From contig NIVC01004352.1 of NCBI GenBank assembly GCA_002269645.1, positions 1-49,140 of the forward strand: a DNA stretch of 49,140 nt, given 5' to 3'. Position 1 is the stretch's first letter. Every line of letters begins with the position of its first letter. Under the pieces are notes generated by a model that was not told where the DNA came from, ran no database searches, and saw only the letters and a program-made list of their open reading frames with translations. Source of the DNA: Macrostomum lignano (taxonomy: Eukaryota). This document shows positions 36,601-49,140 of the stretch, piece after piece. The translations under genes and the position numbers were made by a program.

Positions 36601-38285
36601 CGGATGAGGGTGGGGAGCTGCTGAGGACAGTGAATGAGGGGGCGGATAAGGGGCGGATGAGGGTGGGGAGCTGCTGAGGACAGTGAATGAAGGGGCGGAT
36701 AAGGGGCGGATGAGGGTGGGGAGCTGCTGAGGACAGTGAATGGGGGGCGGATAAGGGGCGGATGAGGGTGGGGAGCTGCTGAGGACAGTGAATGAGGGGG
36801 GCGAATAAGGGGCGGATGAGGGTGGGGAGCTGCTGAGGACAGTGAATGAGGGGGACGGATAAGGGGCGGATGAGGGTGGGGAGCTGCTGAGGACAGTGAA
36901 TGAGGGGGGCGGATAAGGGGCGGATGAGGGTGGGGAGCTGCTGAGGACAGTGAATGAGGGGGACGGATAAGGGGCGGATGAGGGTGGGGAGCTGCTGAGG
37001 ACAGTGAATGAGGGGGCGGATAAGGGGCGGATGAGGGTGGGGAGCTGCTGAGGACAGTGACTGAGGGGCGGATGAGGGTGGGGAGCTGCTGAGGACAGTG
37101 ACTGAGGGGCGGATAAGGGGCGGATGAGGGTGGGGAGCTGCTGAGGACAGTGAATGGGGGCGGATAAGGGGCGGATGAGGGTGGGGAGCTGCTGAGGACA
37201 GTGAATGGGGGGCGGATAAGGGGCGGATGAGGGTGGGGAGCTGCTGAGGACAGTGAATAGGGGTGGATGAGGAGCGGATGAGGGGCGGATGAGGGGGAGC
37301 TGCTGATGACAGCGAATTGGGGGCGGATAAGGCCGAGGGGTGGATGTGGGTGGGGAGCTGCTGAGTACAGTGAAGTGAATGGAGGGGCAGATGAAGGTGG
37401 GGAGCTGCTGAGGACAGTGAATAAGGAAGTGGACAAAGACATTATTAAAAAAATGACAAAAGCAACACAGTTAAACTCACCATTGCGACAGCGAAGCTTT
37501 CTGAGCCGAGGAAGACAATCCTGTTGTCAAAGCGATATTAGTAACAGTGGCAACAGAGCTAGTAGTGCTGCTGCTGGCATTACACTTGCTAGCAATTCTA
37601 AGATCCAACGGTTCCACAGCTGTCATGGCGCTTATTGTTGCTCTACGATTACCGCCCGGTCTCAACTGGTCTTGATTCAGTCGCCTGGCCGCGCGCAGAG
37701 GCGGCTTGCCGCCAGCAGCCGATTTTGCTGAGGCCGACATTGGCAAACTGCTCCTGCCAGAGGGAGCGGCGAAACGACTCTGCTGGCCCAACTGCTGGGG
37801 AGGACAATGGCGATATTGATAATGGGCACAGCTGCCTGTTGCGTTTGCGGATAATAAACTGGCTGAGCGGGCGGGATCAGTACAGGCCGGATTGTAGGAC
37901 TGATGGCCGGGCTAACTGGATGATGCTGATTAATAATAGGCATTGGTATTGGCATTGGATAGTTATGGGAGTAATAATGCTGCCAATCGTGCCAATAGGA
38001 GTGCCATTTGTGCTGCAGAGATGGCCGAGGCGAAAATTGCGGCGGTTGAAGATGCGGCGGATAAAGCTGGTGCTGCTGCTGCGGATGTTGATTCGGATGG
38101 TGCACACAGTGCTGCTGAGGACGGTGAACTGCTATTGCTTGTTGTGTATGTGGACTAGCAGTAGCAGCGTGAGAGCTTGAAGTTGAGACTGGTTGTGGCT
38201 GCAAGGAGCGACGAGAATACGCGGTGAAAGCTGATCCACCGTGCGGCTGCGGCAGCATGTTAACGTTGTTATTATTGTTGTCCAT
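24611..38285 (-). CDS. KDM3: KDM3/JMJD1-family JmjC protein with C6 zinc finger; iron ligands lost
   Basis: Phase-consistent GT-AG exons 24611-24775, 26486-26606, 27658-27906, 28210-28461, 30803-31297, 31913-32239, 33560-33731, 33879-34092 and 36035-36302. The 5' exon 37481-38285 has a frame break. Family motifs LCRDCR..CRFKEFRK, GVLTVAGF, CTRCGSPIFSMHLACLECGYSLCLTC, FQTRWIKRLPIVLTG, QWP, PDYISPHGCFNMA, AVWHVF, YLD, GEAVLLPAG, TDFSSAE, HDDCL. Confidence 0.88.
25021..26277. mobile_element. Non-autonomous hAT-type DNA transposon (1257 bp including a nested insert)
   Basis: 12-bp perfect TIR CAGTGTTGGGCA. 8-bp TSD GTGGCGAC at 25013-25020 and 26278-26285. Dense subterminal GTAAC/GTTAC motifs at both ends. 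No transposase ORF. Confidence 0.92.
25561..25847. mobile_element. GC-rich MITE nested in the hAT element
   Basis: Ends TAGTGGTGTAGCCAGG / CCTGGCTACGTCGATCACTG; flanks AGTGGACT(T) and AGTGGATT(T) resemble a degraded TSD; internal 24-bp repeats. Confidence 0.6.
26690..27627. repeat. Composite 30-33-bp tandem array (core GGTGTCAGGTCCCTAAAT), KDM3 intron
   Basis: 31-bp GCTATGATCAA-type units at the left, 30-bp GCAATCACA-type units at the right, mixed in between. Confidence 0.93.
28059..28167. repeat. 27-bp tandem repeat (GGGGTCAGTCGGGGTCATAAAGCTACT) x4, KDM3 intron
   Basis: Unit read directly. Confidence 0.92.
28522..30735. repeat. 25-bp polypyrimidine tandem array (CCCTGTGCACTCCCTCTTCCCCTCT)n, about 85-90 copies, KDM3 intron
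   Basis: Unit read directly; it is the source of the 690-aa and 768-aa spurious ORFs. Confidence 0.97.
31312..31790. repeat. 27-bp tandem array (GATGGGATTTCAGATAGGGATATTATC)n, about 17 copies, KDM3 intron
   Basis: Unit read directly; ends about 14 nt from the acceptor at 31298. Confidence 0.96.
32298..33490. repeat. 22-bp tandem array (GATTCTCAATGGGATCA-[ATGGC/GTGGC/GGGGC/GTGAC])n, about 54 copies, KDM3 intron
   Basis: 17-nt constant block plus a 5-nt variable slot. Confidence 0.97.
34265..35815. repeat. 59-bp tandem array, about 26 copies, KDM3 intron
   Basis: Unit ACTTTTACAGCTACTCTAATAGCTGAGTCTTTATACACATTCYCAGGTGGGCTAATGAC, shifting 1 nt per 60-nt line. Edge units are diverged. Confidence 0.97.
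36292..37422. repeat. About 53-bp G-rich tandem array, about 22 copies, KDM3 first intron; the unit contains a 3' splice site on the gene strand
   Basis: GAGCTGCTGAGGACAGTGA was counted about 22 times; the minus strand reads CTCATTCACTGTCCTCAG|CAGCTCCCC. Confidence 0.95.
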
Positions 38286-38399
38286 TTCGGTTAGCTCGGC
38301 AAGAAAATCACTATTACTGGCACGCGCTTACTTCATTTTGAAGTTCTAATTTCACGCTAAAAGGCCGGGAGTGAGCTGTGAGGTCAGAAAGAGGGAGGT

Positions 38400-38500
38400 A
38401 GGATTGGGAGGCCCTTTCTAAACAGGCTAGCCCAGTTTATTGCTTAATTGGCGGAGTGAGGTGGGGGGCTGGATTGGCGGAAGCCTCCGGCCAATCGAGG
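38400..38500 (-). promoter_or_regulatory. CCAAT-box cluster, candidate KDM3 promoter
   Basis: Three ATTGG and one CCAAT within about 100 bp, 120-210 nt upstream of the ATG at 38285. Confidence 0.45.
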
Positions 38501-40964
38501 AGCGAGCAGAGAAGGAGGGAAAGGGAGGAAAGGGAGGGAGTGGGTTTACCCAAGGACGACTGGAAGAGCGTAAGTTGGCCTTGGATTACCGTTAACGTCA
38601 AGGAAGATAACACTATAGCATAGTAGTAAAGTGGGCCGAATGGCCAAAGTATAGGGTAAAGGAGGGTTTGCTGCTGCTTGTTTGGCGTTTCAATTTTACT
38701 AAGTAAAGCAAGGCATAAAATAAAGTATAAAAGATAAGAAAAAAGCTTAACTTTCTTTGTTTACGAAGCACGAAAATGTTCAGGTTGCCTTGGTGATTTG
38801 CATGTCAGATTATCATATTCATGACTATTATCACAGAAAAAGGCTGTTCAGATGAGCTGAAAGAAAACAAATGTTTCTAAACGATTTAAAGATCAAGGAC
38901 CATTGTAGTATAGCTGAAGACCAAGTTATACTAAATTGGTCCTTGGTCAAGATTCGAGAAGCGAAAGATGATTCATGGAAGATTGAAAAAAGTTATCATG
39001 TTGATTTTCACAACAGCCATGTAATTCGGAACTGCTTCAAACGTTAGATCCAAAAGCCACTTGTCAGGTGATCGAACCAAATATAAGACTACTATATAGC
39101 TGCTGCAAAGATGATTAATGCTTTTTACTCACACCTTGTGTCCTTGTCATGAATTACTCGTATCTCGTCAATTGACAATTGTCATGACATCCTATAGCAA
39201 CCCATTTTCTTTGTCTATTCCGGTAGCGGTATTCTGTACGCTCGTATATGCATGCAGTGGCATTAATAGGATGTTTTTTACATGTAAATGTAAATCATCA
39301 CAGTAATCCTCTTGAACTATTTGATGTTACGTAAATTGCAAAATAAAAAGCATTTTGATTGTTCAATTCATATTTACCCATTGTTTCACAAGTCACAAGT
39401 CAATTTTCTACCATCTTGTATTGCTATTATTAGACGTACACATGCATAACATGTATTGTTCGTAGTAGTCGTTCTCATCAATGCGGATTGCTATTTGCTA
39501 GCAAGTTGCAACACTCCAGTCCAATCTAATCTTAGGTTGAATGAAGCCTATATTACACGTTGTTTAATAGCAATTTATTTTAAGGTCCAAGCTCCTGCCA
39601 GCTAGAGGGTAGGGGACGGGGGTGTCGGGGCTGGGCGGACGGGTTGTAAAATCGCATTAAAATTAGGAGTAGCCCGCCCGGCCAGAACAGAAAGGAGAGG
39701 AAGGCGGACTGTTGGGGCAGGGGATGCTTTTATTAAGACTCTGATTGGCTTAAAACTGCGGTCACGTGACAGTTTATCCACACATACTTAATCTTATCTA
39801 TACTATAGGGGTATAGGCCTAGGCCTGTTTTATAGGGTGCGAGTGCGGAATAAGAATGATTCCGCTTGCTTAGCTAAAAAGGAGAGAAAATAAGGCCCAC
39901 GCTTGTGACCACACCAAAAGCGTTTAAAATAAAACGTACAGACGCTCTTACCCTCTTATTGTCTGGGCCGGGGCCTCTTAGGTCTTAACCACGCAGCAAG
40001 TTAATGACATTTTTATAACAGCCTTTTTACAATTACAGGTTTTAGTTTAAACGTTTTTGAATAGCGAATGTATATAATTGGACGATGGAAGCTTCTCGAT
40101 TAAGGAATGAAAAAGACACAATTTATTCGTAATTGGATTTGTATCGTTTTTCTTTATAAAGCTCTCAGTAAATAGAGTTTAACTTTATAATAATAATTAT
40201 TGTTATATCTATAATTTATCCATGCACGAGTTGAGAATAGAATAAAAATGAATATTATATTTATCAATAAACAAGTAAAATCTATGCAGCATATTAACCA
40301 GCTGCACGATAAGCATAATACACATGTATGTTGTAATCAATTTAATTACTTGTGTTTATATTATTGGCATGCAAATAATAATAAAATTAAGGTAGGTGAC
40401 TGACTGACAAACCAAATAAACGAATCAAAATCATTAATTATCAACCTAAGTGACTGATCAATCAATGAACTCGAATTCAGCAGCATTTTAAATAGTGTAT
40501 TCGATTATTGTATAAATAGCACAGGCAGGTAGGAAAAAATCTGTTTAATATTGCATTAAAATGATGAAAAAATAATTCAATACTAAACAATACATAGAAA
40601 AATTACTACAGACAGGCAAACACACCTAAAATTTCAAGACTTATAAGCTTAGGCTTGTCAAGTTGTCGGTGTCACATGTAAACATTATGGCCAAAATTAC
40701 AGAAATGAGAAATTTTGATTTATGAGTGCAAGAATTATCGTGTAAAATAATACAGTGAGTAGTATGTAGATAATTAAATAATTAACATTTTATTAATTAC
40801 ACTTTGTTGATCCAGTCTGCTCCGAATATAAAAATCACTTGATTTAGAGGTCATCATGACAATGACTCATGCATGATTAGAAATAGAGAAAACTGAGAAT
40901 GGCATAAGACAGTCAGACAGAGCAGAAACGCGCGAGGTTTAAGAACAGTGAGATTAGAGATAGG

Positions 40965-41280
40965 ATACATTAAAGGGGTGAGATTAAAGATAGAATAAAT
41001 TCATTGGAGGGGTGAAATTAGAGATAGGATAGATTCATTGGAGGGGTGAAATTAGAGATAGGATAGATTCATTGGAGGGGTGAGATAAGAGAGAATAGAA
41101 TACATTGGAAGGGTTAGATAAAAGATGGGATACATTGGAGGGGTGAGATTAGACATAGGAGGTATTCATTGGAGGTTTGAGCTTAGAGATAGGATACATA
41201 GGAAGGGTGAGATTAGAGATAGGATACATTAGAGAGGCGAGGTTGGAGATACGATACATTAGAGGGGTGAAATTAGAGCA
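40965..41280. repeat. Degenerate tandem array, about 31-bp unit (CATTGGAGGGGTGAAATTAGAGATAGGATAGA-like), about 10 copies
   Basis: Recurrent CATTGGAGGGGTGA and TTAGAGATAGGATA motifs. Confidence 0.85.
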
Positions 41281-41914
41281 ACCAAAACAACGGATCAAGA
41301 GCATCTGGCGTGAATGCTTCAAATCTGTTGTTTGCCGCCAATTTTCTGCTTTCTAAGAAACAACTTTTCAAAGGCCACTTGCTCAGACAGGGAATAAATT
41401 GTACAGAAAAAAGTTGGACAATAAATTACTAATATTATAAATTTAGAAGCAAAAAAATTATGAGCAAAATTCATTTGATTTTACTGCAGTCTGCATGCGT
41501 CGTTAGAAAACTTTGACAAGGCCTCTCAAAGTCTTCGAAAAGAAGAAATTTAAGTATTATAATGAAACACTATATAATTGTTAATCTTTTTAACACATTG
41601 AAAGAAAAAGGAATGAATGAAAAAGCAAAAGCAAAAATATCCAGAGGGCGAAGGTGAACAGGAGCTGCTTTGAATATTTTCAAGCCATAAAGATCGCTTG
41701 GTCAGCCGACTAGAATCAAAACTGTAGACTGAGGCGAAACGAGCATCAGATAATAGAATTAGAAGACATGGTTTGTAAAAAGCTATTCAAACAGATGACC
41801 GACAGCATCAAGGAGCGTCAATTAAGAGAAAATGCGACACCAAAAAGCGAGAGAAATAACTTGACTAGCAATTATCTTATTCAGCTGATCAGTCGCATAG
41901 CAACAAAGAGTAAG

Positions 41915-42480
41915 CAAACCCGTATCTAGGGTAAACAACTCCGTATCAAGTGTAAATATACACCCATATTTATGGTAAAAACCCGGAATTAGATTTAAAA
42001 AATCCGTATCTAAGGTAAAAAAACATATATCTGGGTAATCAAGCCCGTATCAATGGTAAAAAACCCGTATATAGGGTAAAAACCCGTATCTAGGGTAAAC
42101 AAACCCGCTGTTCCGCATCTATGGTAAAAAAAACCGTATCTAGTGTAAACAAACCCGTATCTAGACTAAGCAATCCTGTATCTAGGGTAAATAACCCCGT
42201 ATCTAGGGTAAAACCGGTGGGTAGGGTAAGCAAACCAGTATCTAGGGTAACCAAACCCGTATCTAGGGTAAAAAACCCGTATCTAGGGTAAAACCTGTGG
42301 CTAGGGTAAGTAAACCCATATCTAGGGTAAACAAACCCGTATCTAGGGTGAGCAAACCCGTACCTAGGGTAAGCAACTCAGTATCTAGTGTAAACATACT
42401 CATATTTAGGGTAAAAAACCCCGTATTTTGGTTAAATAAATCCTTATCTAAGGTAAAAACCGGTATCTAGGGTAAGCAAA
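41915..42480. repeat. Degenerate tandem array, about 21-bp unit (AAACCCGTATCTAGGGTAAAC-like), about 26 copies
   Basis: Recurrent GTATCTAGGGTAA core. Confidence 0.9.
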
Positions 42481-43339
42481 CTTGTTGCTAGGCAACGAGT
42501 GGATGCGAGTGGATTAGTCAACATAAACTGTCATGTTTTGAAGCTTAATAACATACTAATAATTCAGCCAGCACTCTGAAAATATATTTATTAAGCAAGG
42601 TAAACAGAAGTAACAAAAAATAAGTAAATAAGTTGCAACGTGAAGTTTAATTAGTTAAGACTAGAAATATGATAAGCTGAAACAATAATCGGATACCAAT
42701 AAAAGCAAACCAAAGATTACAGCAGTGAATGGCGCCCGAATTCGTGTGTACAAGAAGCGATTCTCTGTCAGGCAATTTTTATGAACAAAAAACGCTATGC
42801 ATAAACAACATAATATATACAAGAAAAAGCTGAAACTCAAAATTGGGTAAAAATATACGTTTGTTTACTCAACTTGCCACTGACTAGTTATAAAAAAGCG
42901 ACATTTACGCTTTATTTATGCAACTGACCTGCTTATAACAGTAGCGGTAAGCGGATATAACAAGAAAAAACTATACAAAAAGCGAAAAATCATGAACATT
43001 ATCCATTATATTAGCAATATTTGCAGGTAAGTACAAAATTTGAGAAATTGATCATTATTTTAATTCGAAGGCAATACTGTGTGACAATCTTAAAAGAAGA
43101 ATAGAAAGCAAGGATTGAAATTGTAAAACAAACGACTTGACTTTCACACACAATTCTCATACGACTTCCATTACACATGAAGTCTATATTTTTTGCAGAA
43201 CCACTAAAATGGCACAATTTGAACCGAAGAGTAGCACAAGGCTAATGGTTTATAAGAACGGAGACGTTACCTATGACCAAATATTAGTAGTGAAACACTC
43301 AGTTGCTATGGTGATGACGTCAGTCCATAAAGCACGAAC

Positions 43340-43740
43340 GCAAGGAAAACACTCCCGTTGCAACGATAACCAATCGTGATCTAATATAACCATTCCCGTT
43401 ACTAAGCGAGTCAACCAATCGGTATCCAAGGTAAACACTCCTGTTGCAAAGCAAAATAACCGTTCGGTATTCAAGGTAAACAGCACTGTTGCTAAGCAAA
43501 ATAACCGTTGGGTATCAAAGGTAAACACTTCCGTTGCTAAGCAAAGTTACTGATCGGTATCCAAGGTAAAAACTCCCATTGCTAAGCAAAATAACCGTTC
43601 GGTATCCAAGGTAAACACTTCCGTTGCTAAGCAACATAACTGATCGGTATCCAAGGTAAACACTTCCGTTACTAGGCAAAGTAACTTATCCTCCGTATCC
43701 AAAGGTAAACATCTCGGTTACTAAGCAACAAACGATTAGT
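43340..43740. repeat. Degenerate tandem array, about 45-bp unit (GTATCCAAGGTAAACACTTCCGTTGCTAAGCAAAATAACCGTTCG-like), about 9 copies, 3' of the LNX stop codon
   Basis: Unit recurs at about 45-nt spacing. Confidence 0.88.
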
Positions 43741-43790
43741 AACCGAATAGCACAACAAAAAATTCTAGCCTTACACACTTGATTTCAACG

Positions 43791-47120
<3,330 letters not shown>

Positions 47121-47244
47121 CTGCATGGCGTGGAATTTGAGAGTGATCAAGGTACCTAGATTGAGAATCAATTTCAAGTTTAAGCAATTTGCCTAACCTC
47201 TTTGCCTGATGCCTCAATACCATGATGACTGAGTTTTATAACCC

Positions 47245-47395
47245 ATATAAATCCCTGAATTCATTAATCCTATAATTCCTTAATCCTAAATTACTTAATC
47301 CCTGAATCCTTAATCTCCGAACTCCTTCAGCCCCGTTGAATTCTTAATCCCCGAATTCCTTAATTTTTTTAATTCCTTAATTTCGAATCCTGGAA
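47245..47395. repeat. Degenerate short-period repeat (CCCTGAATTCCTTAAT-like)
   Basis: Recurrent AATTCCTTAATC motif. Confidence 0.65.
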
Positions 47396-48014
47396 CTCAT
47401 TTTTACCTCGAGTATTTGATCTCCGGCCTTAGCCGTCCATCGATAGCGACTAGACCGTCCATGTAGATCTCTTGAATCACAATGCAACTCTGAAAAGATA
47501 GCAAATAACAATAACATATATACTACTATTGTGAGTAGTTAAAAGTAATATAATTTGTTTCGAAAAAAGCATAAAGTGCCTCCCACTTCAAGAAGTTTCT
47601 TCTGTTTTGTTCAGGCAAAAAATCTATCCTCCTTGCACGCACCCGCCTAGCTTATGAACTACTTTAAGAAATCATTGGCAACATCCCAAATTTGCTAAGC
47701 GTTGATTGATGACTTCGCCTTCAGCAGCGTAGCCTGCAACTTGTAACTCAACAGAAGAAGCTTCGTTAGCCGAGGCTAAGCAAGAAAATGGCTACAGGTG
47801 GGCAGAGATACAGGTAGGTCAGCGGTAGCAATTACACGCAGACAAATAGTAAATGAAAAAAAAGAAACCAAAAAATGCCTCACATACTGGGCCCACACAG
47901 TTCGATGGAATGCAGTAGTTCTTATCATCGAATACATTGGCTGTTTTTGACTTTGAATAGTGCAATGTTTATCATCTGTTTTAAAGGAACTAAGAGGATT
48001 GATTTTCAATATGT

Positions 48015-48455
48015 ATCAGCTGTTATGAAGGCTGATAGCTGTTATGAAGGCTAATATCTAACTGTTATGAAGGCCGATATCTAGCTGTTATGAAGGCCGA
48101 TATCAAGCTGTTATGAAGGCCGATTTCTAGCTGTTAGGAAGGCCGATATCTAGCTGTTATGAAGGCCGATATCTAGCTGTTAGGAATGCCGATATCTAGC
48201 TGTTATGAAGGCCGATATCTAGCTGTTAGGAAGGCCGATATCTAGCTGTTATGAAGGCTATATCTAGCTGTTATGAAGGCCGATATCTAGCTGTTATGAA
48301 GGCCGATATCTAGCTGTTATGAAGGCCGATATCTAGCTGTTATGAAGGCGATATCTAGCTGTTATGAAGGCGCGATATCTAGCTGTTATGAAGGCCGATA
48401 TCTAGCTGTTATGAAGGCCAATATCTAACTGTTATGAAGGCCGATTTACAGCCGT
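48015..48455. repeat. 23-bp tandem array (CTAGCTGTTATGAAGGCCGATAT)n, about 19 copies
   Basis: Unit read directly; probably intronic in LNX. Confidence 0.95.
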
Positions 48456-49140
48456 TATTCATACCTATACTAACCGAATATCAAGCCTTTTACATCCACA
48501 TCTTGACAGTTCTCTTTTTTTACTATTAAAGGATTACTTCATAAGAAAGTCGATTATCTCTTAATAAATCATCAAATAAGTAGGGGCAAACTTCAAATAG
48601 ATATGAGAACGAGGCAAGGGAAGACGGTAAAGCTAGTTCGGTGAAGATAAGATGACAAGGCGATGAAGGCAGAGCCACTACATTAATTCATCCTAATAGG
48701 CTGGCGAGGAACTGGGCCAGTGTCGGATTGCGCAGGCAGGCATGCAAGGGTGTTGCATAACTCACTGGGAGTAGATGGATGAGAACAGAGAACGGAATTA
48801 GATGCAGCTATATGGAAATGACCGCTTAAAGGGGAGAACAGATAGAAGAAAATGAGCCCTGAATTCACATTGCTTGTGGCTCGCGTTCCGACGCTATCAT
48901 GAATCATAGGGCAGAAGTCACCTGTACTAACTGTATGAGTCATCATAAATTCTTGACTAGCTCAAATCTTCACAACTAAATATTTCAGAAGTTTAAAGCC
49001 TCAGAATCTCGTAAACTTACGAGACTTATTTTATGTTTTAGACTATTTGTATCTTAAGCTTGTAAAGGCTTGGGAGTTTATGTGAAGTTCTGAGCTTGTG
49101 AAGCCTGAGTCTATGTGAAATTCTGAGGCTTGTGAAGCCT

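Noticed and set aside
39750-39775. Palindromic GTCACGTGAC E-box with a nearby ATTGG
   Set aside because: A promoter-like motif with no associated gene start I could identify; a single site is weak evidence.
43209-43379. Short plus-strand ORF MAQFEPKSSTRLMVYKNGD.. after a strong acceptor, faintly like a doublecortin-domain start
   Set aside because: Only a 5-residue resemblance; it runs into a tandem array and has no convincing downstream exon. An HMM search against PF03607 would settle it.
47600-48950. Candidate upstream LNX exons (PDZ1, RING)
   Set aside because: No frame on the minus strand gave PDZ or RING motifs; these exons probably lie beyond the window.

Overview
Eukaryotic (metazoan) genomic DNA with GT-AG introns, AT-rich intergenic DNA and GC-rich exons. 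The style suggests an invertebrate such as a Macrostomum-type flatworm, but this is inference only. Five intron-containing genes were assembled by hand, all on the minus strand: ARL15, UBL3, a CDK4/6-like kinase with DFG changed to DFN, a KDM3/JMJD1-family protein that has lost all three JmjC iron ligands, and the 3' part of an LNX multi-PDZ gene with four single-base frame breaks. The main structural feature is a set of about 20 mostly unrelated tandem arrays. They fill most long introns almost from splice site to splice site, and one starts 50-160 nt after the stop codon in 4 of the 5 genes. One array unit contains the gene's own 3' splice site (about 22 copies) and another contains the head of a neighbouring SINE, pointing to local in-situ amplification. 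Mobile DNA includes a 5'-truncated Penelope-like element with 266-bp inverted pseudo-LTRs each carrying a hammerhead ribozyme, two tRNA-derived SINE families, and several MITEs, some nested three deep. Family assignments rest on motifs recalled from known proteins; no database search was run.
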